Origin: a virus
Lineage: Duplodnaviria > Heunggongvirae > Uroviricota > Caudoviricetes
DNA: 64,000 bases
Strand: one strand, 5' to 3'
IMG/VR virus record: IMGVR_UViG_2639762987_000002
The notes under the pieces were generated by a model. It was not told the DNA's origin and did not search any database. It saw only the letters and a program-made list of their open reading frames with translations. The position numbers and the translations under genes are program-made. Positions 19,393-28,298 of the stretch are shown here, one piece after another. The first letter of the stretch is position 1. Every line of letters begins with the position of its first letter.

Positions 19393-20169
19393 ATGAAAGA
19401 CGAAATTCAGAAATTAGCCTGCGACATCATTGATAAAACTGGTTTAGAAATCAGCGAGAGCAATCGACTAGACATCATTGAAAAAGCGGTAAAAACAGCA
19501 ATGGATCATATCGCCACTCGTTTGGTCGAGATCCCGCTACCGGGGCTACCTTATCTGAAGGTTAAGTTACACGTATGGGGTGAACCTTCTTGTGCACGAC
19601 GTTCTGCATTAGTTGTTTTTATTAGCAAAGAAAACCCGCTCAGTCTTAAAGTGCAGGTTGGAGCATGGCTTGATGGCAGAGTGATCTACACAAATACCGT
19701 TTTTTGTCTTTCAAACGATGAAACTATTGAAGCGGCCATTCAAGAAGCAGTTCTAGCAATGCGCAGCAGCGGTTTGATGAAGAATAACTACGAAGAGTAC
19801 TTGCGTTCGATAAGTGGTGAAAAGACATTATCTCTGAAAGCAGATTTCGTTACCCCGAAAAATCTGTTGGAAGTCTTGCTTAATAAAGGGGCTAATGATG
19901 CCGTAAATGTAATCAGAGAGAGTGAGTATGCGTCTCTTTGCGACATGTGCAAAAGCCAGTTGGATCTGGTGCATATCGTTATTGATGCTGGGAAGGCATG
20001 TGATGGCGTAATGGCGGAATTTGCTTGGAAGGTGGTCAGGATTGCTAACGAATTACCGATGATAGAGCAAGAGGCTAAATCATACGCCACCAATCATGTC
20101 ACAGAGCTTCTTGCCCCCTATCGCTTAGAAAGCAATCAGCGCAAGATGATTAGCTGGGGAAGTTGGTAA
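19393..20169 (+). CDS. Hypothetical protein
   Basis: 258 aa; RBS AGGAG. Confidence 0.5.
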   Translation: MKDEIQKLACDIIDKTGLEISESNRLDIIEKAVKTAMDHIATRLVEIPLPGLPYLKVKLHVWGEPSCARRSALVVFISKENPLSLKVQVGAWLDGRVIYTNTVFCLSNDETIEAAIQEAVLAMRSSGLMKNNYEEYLRSISGEKTLSLKADFVTPKNLLEVLLNKGANDAVNVIRESEYASLCDMCKSQLDLVHIVIDAGKACDGVMAEFAWKVVRIANELPMIEQEAKSYATNHVTELLAPYRLESNQRKMISWGSW

Positions 20170-20224
20170 TCTCTCCGCGCGTCGTTTTTTACGCAAATAA
20201 CGATAGGTAAGTACAAGATTATTT

Positions 20225-20707
20225 ATGGCGGTAGTTGTGAAAGCTGACTTGTCAAAAATCCCCTCTATTTCAGGAAATAATGGTTATTCACTTCGTTGTG
20301 AGGAAGTAAAGATAAACGGTGAGTCGGCATATTGCAGCTACTCCGTTTGCCAGCACACCATTCTTGCCTTCAAAGAAAACCGTCTTCCTCGAACTTCATT
20401 CCAGTCGTGCGCAACCGCTATCAAAGCAGGCAAATGCAAGGCGTTAAAAATGATGGTTGAAGAGATTCGTAAAGGAGAATCTCTGTATTTCGAAGATATG
20501 ACCGTGCTCATTAAGGAGGTTGAAGAACGGAATAAACAAGCCAGAACTTTAAAACGAAAACGTGACAGTGTAACGATTAATGGCATGGTTAAGAAGAGCA
20601 CCACATCACAAACAGCGATCACTGACGTGTATGCGGCGTTGCTTGAAGAAACAACAAAAGAAACACATGAGCAAATCGATCAACATATGGAGGTAAAACA
20701 ACAATGA
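20225..20707 (+). CDS. Hypothetical protein
   Basis: 160 aa; several Cys; overlaps ligase start. Confidence 0.45.
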   Translation: MAVVVKADLSKIPSISGNNGYSLRCEEVKINGESAYCSYSVCQHTILAFKENRLPRTSFQSCATAIKAGKCKALKMMVEEIRKGESLYFEDMTVLIKEVEERNKQARTLKRKRDSVTINGMVKKSTTSQTAITDVYAALLEETTKETHEQIDQHMEVKQQ

Positions 20708-22026
20708 AAAAGTTGATCGCACTTAAGCATAAGCTGGACGAAATGAAAGCTATGGGAACCAATGCAAAAAAAGAGGCATTGGCCAACATGGATGACTTCG
20801 AGCAAAGCATGGTTTCATTGATGCTCAACCCTTTCATCCGTTTTGGGGTAAAGAAATACAAAGTGGCAGAGCCGCTTAGTGAGTCCATCCCAAGTGACGA
20901 AAAAGCCATTGATGTACTGAATAAGCTGGCCTCTCGCGAGCTAACGGGGAACGCAGCAATAGCAGCTGTTGAGTCTATCGTGGCGTCAATGTGCGCCGAT
21001 GGGCAGGACGTGTTCCGTCGTTTCCTCTTAAAAGACCCGAAAGCAGGTGTTGGGATTAGCCTATGCAACAAGGTTTTTGAAAATCCCATTCCGAAATTCG
21101 AGGTGCAGCTGGCGTCACCGTATAAAGAAAAAGGCGACAAATACCCCTTCAAGCCAAATCCTAAAGCAAAATGGCCGATGATTGGCAGTCTTAAGCTCGA
21201 TGGTTTGCGAGTAATTTGCGAGGTTATTGTTGACGAGGAAGAGGTTAACTTCCTTTCTCGTACTGGTAATCCAATCACGTCTCTCGATCACCTAAAGCCA
21301 GCAATGCTCGAATTAGGCAAACTTTCAGGCCACAAACACATCTTCTTCGATGGTGAAGGAACTGCCGGTTCATTTAACCAGTCCGTATCTGCATTGCGCA
21401 AAAAGAACGTGCAGGCAATTGGCGCTATTTATCATGTTTTCGACTTCTTCCTACCGGAATGGCGAGCACAGGCTAAATCCAAAGAGTATGCAAAGACAGG
21501 TATGAAGCTGAAAGAGCGCCTGGCTATGCTGGTGGCGTTGTTCAAAAACGATCGCAGTGAAGGCTACACACAAGACATTCACCTGCATCCGTTCTATATC
21601 ATCCATAGCCACGAAGACTTCATCGAACGCTTCATGAAACGCCTGGACGATAACGAAGAAGGGGAGATGGGCAAAGATCCGAACTCTGTTTACGAGTTTA
21701 AACGTACCCGCAGCTGGTGGAAGTTAAAAGACGAAGATTCAGAAGATGGTGAAATTATCGACTTTGAGCCGGGCGACCCGGACTCTGGTTTTGCCAACAC
21801 ACTTGGAAAAATTGTTATTCGTCTTGAAAACGGCGTCATCGTTCGTGCGAGCGGCATTAAGCATAAATATCTGGATGAGTTCTGGAACAACAAAGAGAAG
21901 TACCGTGGTCGTATTGTCGAGGTTCATTGTCACGAGAAAACACCGGACGGCAGCTTACGCCACCCACGACTGAAATGGCCGCGTTGCTTACGCGATACAG
22001 AAGATCGAATCGGAGATAAAGAATGA
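20704..22026 (+). CDS. ATP-dependent DNA ligase
   Basis: 440 aa; adenylation motif I SLKLDGLR (KxDG). Confidence 0.7.
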   Translation: MKKLIALKHKLDEMKAMGTNAKKEALANMDDFEQSMVSLMLNPFIRFGVKKYKVAEPLSESIPSDEKAIDVLNKLASRELTGNAAIAAVESIVASMCADGQDVFRRFLLKDPKAGVGISLCNKVFENPIPKFEVQLASPYKEKGDKYPFKPNPKAKWPMIGSLKLDGLRVICEVIVDEEEVNFLSRTGNPITSLDHLKPAMLELGKLSGHKHIFFDGEGTAGSFNQSVSALRKKNVQAIGAIYHVFDFFLPEWRAQAKSKEYAKTGMKLKERLAMLVALFKNDRSEGYTQDIHLHPFYIIHSHEDFIERFMKRLDDNEEGEMGKDPNSVYEFKRTRSWWKLKDEDSEDGEIIDFEPGDPDSGFANTLGKIVIRLENGVIVRASGIKHKYLDEFWNNKEKYRGRIVEVHCHEKTPDGSLRHPRLKWPRCLRDTEDRIGDKE

Positions 22027-22202
22027 TGCTCGGCTGGATGATTGCATTTTTAGCAGTTGGTTTTTTCATAGGTATTGTGGTGATGTCCAGTTGCATCAAT
22101 GACTACATTAAAAGCGGTGTTATAGAAAGACGCGGTCGTATTTATCGCATTGTAGAAATAACCAACACCCTGAAGGAGATTAAGGATGATCGTATTAAGT
22201 AA
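22023..22202 (+). CDS. Small membrane protein, paralog family member A
   Basis: 59 aa, below ORF-track cutoff; ATGA overlap with ligase stop; TM helix then RGRIYRIVEIT motif. Confidence 0.4.
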   Translation: MMLGWMIAFLAVGFFIGIVVMSSCINDYIKSGVIERRGRIYRIVEITNTLKEIKDDRIK

Positions 22203-22401
22203 ACGGGAGAAGGAAACGCTTCATGAAATCAGTAAGTGGCCGGAGTTCCCTGAGTACTGGAAGCCTAAAACGCGAGCTAAGTTAGAGCGTTTAGGGTTGG
22301 TTGCAAACGTTTCTGAAACGTGGTGTTCGGCCAACTACCAGTTAACTGATAAAGGGAAAGTATTGCTACAGCAATTAGTAGAATCAGGAGTGTTAAAATG
22401 A
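22186..22401 (+). CDS. Hypothetical small protein
   Basis: 71 aa; RBS AAGGAG. Confidence 0.45.
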   Translation: MIVLSKREKETLHEISKWPEFPEYWKPKTRAKLERLGLVANVSETWCSANYQLTDKGKVLLQQLVESGVLK

Positions 22402-22550
22402 TTCCATACATCTCATTAGCTTTTATGGGTGGCTTCCTTATCGGCTTCGGCATCTGTCGTGATTTAATTAAGCAGGAACTTAAAACCAAAACACTGTGCA
22501 TCGGAAAGCGTGTGTATCGGGTAGTTCATGAAACAAAGGTGAAAAAATGA
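22398..22550 (+). CDS. Small membrane protein, paralog family member B
   Basis: 50 aa, below ORF-track cutoff; ATGA overlaps at both ends; TM helix then GKRVYRVVHET motif paralogous to 22023-22202. Confidence 0.4.
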   Translation: MIPYISLAFMGGFLIGFGICRDLIKQELKTKTLCIGKRVYRVVHETKVKK

Positions 22551-22837
22551 GCAATTTAACTTCTTGGGAATGGTGGTTGGCCACCTATTTCTTAGCGGCC
22601 GGAGTCGCATTCGCCTTTTACGTAGGTCAGTTAGTCGTAAAACTGTTGCTGATTAAATTTGCTAGTCATAAACGTATCGATGATGGTCTGTGGCGTCTTG
22701 GCACCCTAGTGGAAACTCGCTACGGGCAACTTAAGGAGAACGAAACCATTACTATCCAAGCGAAACGATTCACTGCCACCATTACAAGAACACCTAGTCG
22801 TAGAGTGGCCTTGATCAAAAAAGTCACAACCGAATAA
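22547..22837 (+). CDS. Small membrane protein
   Basis: 96 aa; N-terminal TM helix; start overlaps upstream stop. Confidence 0.45.
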   Translation: MSNLTSWEWWLATYFLAAGVAFAFYVGQLVVKLLLIKFASHKRIDDGLWRLGTLVETRYGQLKENETITIQAKRFTATITRTPSRRVALIKKVTTE

Positions 22838-23039
22838 AAACATATTGATAAGTATTTACTTACTTATCTTTTGTGTATAAGATGACTTTGTTTTCGTTGA
22901 GACGCGACTGTTTGAACTTAAATACAAGTGCAAACGAAGAAGTCTATCTGGCAGTAGCCTAATAAGCCAAACACCAGCGAGGTCAGTTTCCAGCCTCGTT
23001 ACCGAAATGGGACACACTGAGCGAGTGTGATTGCAGAAC

Positions 23040-23420
23040 GCAGGAGGGAACATTCATGTTCCCTCCGATGAAGTAACAGAATGGGCGGTTGGTATATTTT
23101 CAACTCCATATGACTCCCGGATTCTTAGCCACTGACCGCCCATCCTGTTACGTCATTTTGTTCAATTATGTCGTTTATACTGGGTTAAAAAGCGGCGACG
23201 TAGCCCGGCTGGTATGGTTAGCCAGCACACAACGTTGAGGCCATTACATTTTTATCAATTCTAAGGTTCTATTCACAGAGATACCGGCGAGCGTTGATAT
23301 GTAACATGTTGGGCAAACATTCAATCGGAGTAGTGGCCTCAACGTTGTGAAGACGGGATTGTTGTGTAGGTTTAACCACTGTTGCCATTGGTGCCTGTTT
23401 TCACAACAAATGATTCCATA
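23040..23420 (+). ncRNA. Candidate structured non-coding RNA region upstream of tRNA cluster
   Basis: No ORF over 60 codons; perfect hairpin 23043-23066; long-range complementarity 23076-23089 with 23135-23148 and 23228-23244 with 23343-23359. Confidence 0.3.
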
Positions 23421-23615
23421 CATCACATTGTATAAATTACAAAGTAGGTGCTGTCCTCAGAAACATCATCTACTTAAAGATTTTGCCTTCTACTATTGAG
23501 CGAAGTCGAAAGCGTCTGGCACTAACGAAAAGTGCAAGTAGCGGTGCGTTTCCTGGCAGAAACTAAACCGTCGCGATTGGCACTGTTGAGTAATAAATAC
23601 TGGCAGTGCTGAATT

Positions 23616-23690
23616 GATGGTGTAGCTCAGCGGTAGAGCAGTTGGCTGTTAACCAACTGGTCGGTGGTTCGAATCCACCCACCATCGCCA
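23616..23690 (+). tRNA. tRNA-Asn (anticodon GTT)
   Basis: Manual fold: acceptor GATGGTG/CACCATC, anticodon loop CTGTTAA, T-loop TTCGAAT, 3' CCA. Confidence 0.75.
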
Positions 23691-23695
23691 ATTTA

Positions 23696-23782
23696 GGGGA
23701 GTTAGTCCGTAGAGGTAGCGGTGTAGACTGTAAATCTACTGTCATGGCGACTCGGGTGGTTCGACTCCATCACTCCCCACCA
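23696..23782 (+). tRNA. tRNA-Tyr (anticodon GTA), long variable arm
   Basis: 87 nt; acceptor GGGGAGT/ACTCCCC, anticodon loop CTGTAAA, T-loop TTCGACT, 3' CCA. Confidence 0.65.
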
Positions 23783-23786
23783 AATT

Positions 23787-23862
23787 GCCGGTTTAGCTCA
23801 GTTGGTAGAGCGCCTGCCTTGTAAGCAGGATGTCAGCGGTTCGAGTCCGTTAACCGGCACCA
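23787..23862 (+). tRNA. tRNA-Thr (anticodon TGT)
   Basis: 76 nt; acceptor GCCGGTT/AACCGGC, D-loop AGTTGGTAGA, anticodon loop CTTGTAA, T-loop TTCGAGT, 3' CCA. Confidence 0.8.
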
Positions 23863-24079
23863 ACACAACAGGAAAGAGCATTGAAAACCGCCGAGACTGC
23901 CCTGTTTTAAGCGTAAGTCCGTGCAAACGTCATACAGTGCTCTTTTCGTTGTGGTTGATGCGCAGACTGATGCGCGGAAAGAAATGCCCCAGCGACACAC
24001 GAGGCGAGTTCACACACTGCAATGCAGTCAGTAGCCGGGGTCGCTAAGCCGGAGATCAGTACCGGTAACCACAACAATT

Positions 24080-24166
24080 GGAGAGTAGGGAGCATGGTGC
24101 TCAAGCGGTCTTGAAAACCGTCCCATTGTGCAAACGATGATGGTTCGATTCCATTACTCTCCGCCA
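24080..24166 (+). tRNA. tRNA-Ser (anticodon TGA), long variable arm
   Basis: 87 nt; acceptor GGAGAGT/ACTCTCC, anticodon loop CTTGAAA, T-loop TTCGATT, 3' CCA. Confidence 0.65.
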
Positions 24167-24320
24167 GACACAGCGTTGAGCGGTTTGGCCTTTTAATCAA
24201 CTCGATTAAGACTCCGCTAACATAAACCAGACCGCTCAACGCTGTGATAGATAATTACGGCAGACGTTCTTAACCATAGCTTGCTAACATCCTAGCAACA
24301 CTTTTTTCAGCGCAAAATTC

Positions 24321-24343
24321 AAAGGGGCTTCGGCCCCTTTTTT
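24321..24343. terminator. Bidirectional rho-independent terminator
   Basis: AAAGGGGC-TTCG-GCCCCTTT with A-run before and T-run after; sits between tRNA cluster and the end of a minus-strand gene. Confidence 0.8.
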
Positions 24344-24358
24344 GTTGAACAGTGCAAT

Positions 24359-25621
24359 TTACTTTGCATAGTCGCCCAATTTTAATATTTCGCGCTTATA
24401 TTCATTAACCATGCTACTGGATTCAGTATAAATTCGATTTAAAAGATTATCGTTATCTTTATTTTCATTTATCTTAATTAGTGCTAATTTATATTCATAG
24501 TCATCAAATGCCACAATTAAATGGTGGCCTGGGATTATATCTTCGTCACTCTTAAAGTATATATCTTCAAGTATGTAATCTAGTTGATTAGATTTTCTTT
24601 TCTCGATGTAATCTTCAGCCATAGCTATTACATCATTCCTGTCATTTAACCTGTTTTTTTCGGAAGGCACATCTTCGTAATGTTGCACGATTGAACAACC
24701 AATAAGGCGTGGGATGTAAACGTCAAAATGAGTAACTCTATCATTCGCGGTTTTAAGTAGTTCCTCAAAGTAGTTTCTTACATGTAAAGGCAACTTCTCA
24801 AAGTAATCATTAATTATAGGAGAACAAGGAGTTTTATAATTCATAAGAACCGACGGTACGAGCTTTGGGTGTCGAAACATCCAGTCCCTTTTAACGTCCG
24901 ATGGAACATAATAACTTTTAATGATATTATCAAAATAATTTATCATTCGAGATTTGAATATTTTGTTGAATCTAAGGTTTATGAATGTATCCAGATAAGG
25001 CATATTTGAATAAGCATCATCAAAAAATATTTCTTCATTGAAGAAATCATATTTATTTAATAAATAAAACAGTTTTTCCGAATTAATATGTTCACAATAA
25101 TCGATTTTTAATCCAAAGATAGCAATGATCAACTTCATCTGAGGTGGGATTTTAAAAATTAATTGTGACACATACGCTCTTTTTTCCTTGAGACATTCCC
25201 CATCAATATAAAATGAACCATCCACATACTCAAATATATTAATAATATGCTTCACATACTGTATTACCTCATGCTGTCTTACCAATGGATAATATAGTCT
25301 ATGTAACTCATCGCTGTTTAAATTAATTTTGTGTTTATCGATAATTTGTTTTGCAAGAAGACATAACTCATCATGTTGATTTAATAAGGAATCAAACCAT
25401 TGTTTAAATGCACTCTTTCGCATTTCGAACAATGATTCAGTTGTTAATTGAAGGGCTGAAAAAGCCGCTTTTGCACTTTTTCTCGCTTCGTAGGCATTCC
25501 ATGCTGTTGCTATAAAAGCAAATGCTGTAGCCAATGTTCCAACAGTTTGACCATTTAAAACAACCCAATCCCAAAAAATGACGGTGAGCAGTAGTATAAT
25601 AATGAAAATTAAAAAAGGCAT
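24359..25621 (-). CDS. AT-rich membrane-anchored protein of unknown function (candidate exclusion/defence gene)
   Basis: 420 aa on minus strand; two N-terminal TM helices; strongly AT-rich by eye relative to flanks; own terminator. Confidence 0.6.
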   Translation of the reverse strand: MPFLIFIIILLLTVIFWDWVVLNGQTVGTLATAFAFIATAWNAYEARKSAKAAFSALQLTTESLFEMRKSAFKQWFDSLLNQHDELCLLAKQIIDKHKINLNSDELHRLYYPLVRQHEVIQYVKHIINIFEYVDGSFYIDGECLKEKRAYVSQLIFKIPPQMKLIIAIFGLKIDYCEHINSEKLFYLLNKYDFFNEEIFFDDAYSNMPYLDTFINLRFNKIFKSRMINYFDNIIKSYYVPSDVKRDWMFRHPKLVPSVLMNYKTPCSPIINDYFEKLPLHVRNYFEELLKTANDRVTHFDVYIPRLIGCSIVQHYEDVPSEKNRLNDRNDVIAMAEDYIEKRKSNQLDYILEDIYFKSDEDIIPGHHLIVAFDDYEYKLALIKINENKDNDNLLNRIYTESSSMVNEYKREILKLGDYAK

Positions 25622-25713
25622 GTATGTATTTCACTCTACTAACTATAAAATATTAGGCTAATGTTAACCAAACAATGCCTTAATTAATAGATTGATCGAG
25701 GCTTTAATAGCTT

Positions 25714-25753
25714 TATAATGCAGACCGCAAAGATAGGTATGCACATACCTATC
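25714..25753 (+). promoter_or_regulatory. Promoter with TATAAT -10 followed by perfect palindrome GATAGGTATG-ca-CATACCTATC
   Basis: TATAAT at 25714-25719; palindrome 25732-25753 belongs to the dispersed GATA(A/G)GTA...TAC(C/T)TATC family. Confidence 0.5.
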
Positions 25754-25795
25754 TTCTTTGTAAGTAAAGTTACATATCAATTCTACGAGGTCACA

Positions 25796-26041
25796 ATGAC
25801 GATCACTATCTACGGACGAGATAACTGCTCATACTGCAAACGTGCGGTCGAGCTGGCGAAGCAACTAAAGGGACATGGCTACGGTGATTATGAGTACATC
25901 GACATCACCACTGCCGGTATCGACAAGGAAAAACTAAGTGAAATTGTTGGTAAACCGGTAGAGACTATCCCCCAAGTGCTGATCGATGGCCAACCGATTG
26001 GCGGATACACAGAACTGGCTGCATACGTCAGCACCCTCTGA
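25796..26041 (+). CDS. Glutaredoxin/NrdC-like thiol-disulfide protein
   Basis: 81 aa from ATG 25796 with RBS GAGGT (ORF track begins 25718); active-site CSYC; C-terminal GG motif. Confidence 0.65.
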   Translation: MTITIYGRDNCSYCKRAVELAKQLKGHGYGDYEYIDITTAGIDKEKLSEIVGKPVETIPQVLIDGQPIGGYTELAAYVSTL

Positions 26042-26046
26042 TTTTA

Positions 26047-26068
26047 ACGGCTCACAGGAGCCGTTTTT
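26047..26068 (+). terminator. Rho-independent terminator
   Basis: ACGGCTC-ACAG-GAGCCGT hairpin followed by TTTTT. Confidence 0.75.
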
Positions 26069-26251
26069 ATTCCCACCAAACTCACTCCCGTTTCCCTTAA
26101 AATTCAAAAAACAACGTCAAAATGATTCCATACCTACTATGTATGGAATCATTGCTGAAAATGAGTTACTTTTACTCTTGATCCTATAAGAATCTATGCC
26201 TAATATACTGTTTACTTATACAGTGCATCGGCGTAACTCGGTGATTGTCAT

Positions 26252-27355
26252 ATGAAAAATAGCTTTGACAGAGCACGCGCTGCGGAGAACACCTCAAAAG
26301 AGGCGATAGAGTATCTCGAAAGAGCATCTCAAATGCAGGCCGTTATGATCTCGCAGGTTAGCAATGACATGAGATTCTCGGACGCATTCATGTTATTCAC
26401 TCGCTTATCTCTGCTGATAACCAGACGTCGGCCAGAGATCGCTGTTCATTGTATTTTGATACATGTTTTGCCGCACATTGCCGATGTAAAAGTAAGTGAC
26501 ATTAATAGGTTCATGGTGAACCAACTGGTCAACCCACTAATACTGGATGGCAAAATTGTTATGGGCCGCCGCGTTTTCTCTCTGATGAAGCAGTTCCTTA
26601 GCTGGTGCGCCTTCCAGGGGATGATAGACGTGTCACCGTTAAACGATATGTCACTAAACAAAGTTGCCGGTGGCGCAAAGCCCACACCTCGCGAGCGGAA
26701 GCTGACCGACGCAGAGGTATGGGTGTTCTGGAATATATGGGACTACTTCAATGTGTGCGCTGGTACAAAATGGGCGGCCAGGCTGTGTCTTGTATCCGCA
26801 AGACGACCTGACGAAGTACTGCGGGCTAAAAAAAGTGAGTTCAATCTTAAGCGTGGGGTTTGGAATCAAGGCAAGAGGAACAAATCTGCCCGTGAGCATT
26901 CGCTGCCTTTAAGCACATTAATGCGCACATGTATTGAAGAGTTGTTCGAATACGGTAAAGGCAGCCAGTGGCTCGTGCCTTCGAATAAAAAAATCGGGAA
27001 AGACCTTCCTATGTCTAAAGTGGCAATAGCCCAGGCATTACGTCGTATCCTGGAACGACCAGAACTGATGGAGCTTGAGCCATTTACACCCCGAGACTTG
27101 CGCCGTACTGCGCGTAGTTACTTCCCAGCATTAGGCATAAGCCAGGAGGTATCACGTAAAATCATGAACCACAGTCTTGAGGGGATAGATCGAGTCTACG
27201 ACCGGCACGATTATATGGACGAGATGCGAGACGCCTTAGAAAGTTTCTCGACGTACATCGCATCAATCGTAGAGCAACCGGATTTAGACGAAATTGACCA
27301 CAAATTTAAGGGAGATCGTCTATCAACAGAGCTTATTCGTGTAAATTTTTCATAG
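26252..27355 (+). CDS. Tyrosine site-specific recombinase (integrase or resolution recombinase)
   Basis: 367 aa; C-terminal region with ARRPDEVLR, LRRTARSY, NHSLEG...YDRHDY resembling tyrosine recombinase boxes. Confidence 0.6.
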   Translation: MKNSFDRARAAENTSKEAIEYLERASQMQAVMISQVSNDMRFSDAFMLFTRLSLLITRRRPEIAVHCILIHVLPHIADVKVSDINRFMVNQLVNPLILDGKIVMGRRVFSLMKQFLSWCAFQGMIDVSPLNDMSLNKVAGGAKPTPRERKLTDAEVWVFWNIWDYFNVCAGTKWAARLCLVSARRPDEVLRAKKSEFNLKRGVWNQGKRNKSAREHSLPLSTLMRTCIEELFEYGKGSQWLVPSNKKIGKDLPMSKVAIAQALRRILERPELMELEPFTPRDLRRTARSYFPALGISQEVSRKIMNHSLEGIDRVYDRHDYMDEMRDALESFSTYIASIVEQPDLDEIDHKFKGDRLSTELIRVNFS

Positions 27356-27736
27356 AGACTTTATGGCCTCAACAACCTTTTGTGATGCGCCTTTCTCTTT
27401 ACCGAATCGCTCGTTATATGCAGCAAGAACCTGTTTTTCGTCCTCGTTAAGAGGAGCAGTGCCTTCTTTGTATAAAAATGCTGCGAGTTCGGGTTGGCGT
27501 TCTTCCAGCACCATCATCATAAGACGACTTGGCTCAATACCCAGTGCCAGCGCCAGCGGACGAACCTTATCGATAGGCAAAGGAATTTTGCCGCTTTTAA
27601 TTAAAGAAAGGTTGTTGGCGTTTTTATACCCAATTGTTTTGGCTATCTGGGCCTGGCTCATAGGTGAGGATTCAATCAACCCTGCGATAAAAGCAGCGTA
27701 GCGACTTTCTATAAATTCAATCTTGTTATCAGACAT
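27350..27736 (-). CDS. XRE-family helix-turn-helix transcriptional regulator
   Basis: 128 aa on minus strand; HTH segment SQAQIAKTIGYKNANNLSLIKSG; divergent from downstream operon. Confidence 0.6.
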   Translation of the reverse strand: MSDNKIEFIESRYAAFIAGLIESSPMSQAQIAKTIGYKNANNLSLIKSGKIPLPIDKVRPLALALGIEPSRLMMMVLEERQPELAAFLYKEGTAPLNEDEKQVLAAYNERFGKEKGASQKVVEAIKSL

Positions 27737-27767
27737 GGTTACAACCTTTGCGCGTTCAATTCTCTCT

Positions 27768-27781
27768 GGTAAGTGCTTACC
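27768..27781. promoter_or_regulatory. Operator-like palindrome GGTAAGTGCTTACC in divergent promoter region of the XRE regulator
   Basis: Perfect palindrome; same core as the site at 51759-51779. Confidence 0.45.
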
Positions 27782-27987
27782 GATATTACATCAAAGGTTA
27801 GGGTTGTAAAGCTATTATCATTTTTTTCGATAGGCACTTAAAAGACCGGTTAAAGGCCATTGCACGGAGAAAAATTAGCCCAAAATAGGTAAGAAAATTA
27901 ACTTGCATATGATATGAATGTATTCAGTATTGATACAAATTTTAGTAGTATTCCTTACCATAGTATAAGTTAGAATGGATTGATTGA

Positions 27988-28200
27988 ATGAACACCACTA
28001 TTTCCAGCCTAATCGCTCTTGAGATCGGACACGTACAGAAATTAGCTGATGAGTGTGTAGCTGACATCCTCACCGATCTACCGAATGAGCAGATTCAGGT
28101 TGGTGTGAATGACACAACTGGCTTTATATTCGAACTTAACAACAAACGCTTCACGCTTCTCAATACCGGCTCCGAGTCTTTAGCCGTCAGAATCTGTTAA
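27988..28200 (+). CDS. Hypothetical small protein
   Basis: 70 aa; first plus-strand ORF after divergent region; followed by hairpin 28214-28248. Confidence 0.4.
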   Translation: MNTTISSLIALEIGHVQKLADECVADILTDLPNEQIQVGVNDTTGFIFELNNKRFTLLNTGSESLAVRIC

Positions 28201-28298
28201 CCCCTCTTCTCCCTGCGCGAATGGCTTAGTTCCCTGTTCGCGCAGTGCTACATTAAACACACTAGTAAATAATTTGTTTTCATAACAAAGGATTAGCC

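Noticed and set aside
20619-21278. 219-aa minus-strand ORF
   Set aside because: Antisense within the DNA ligase gene
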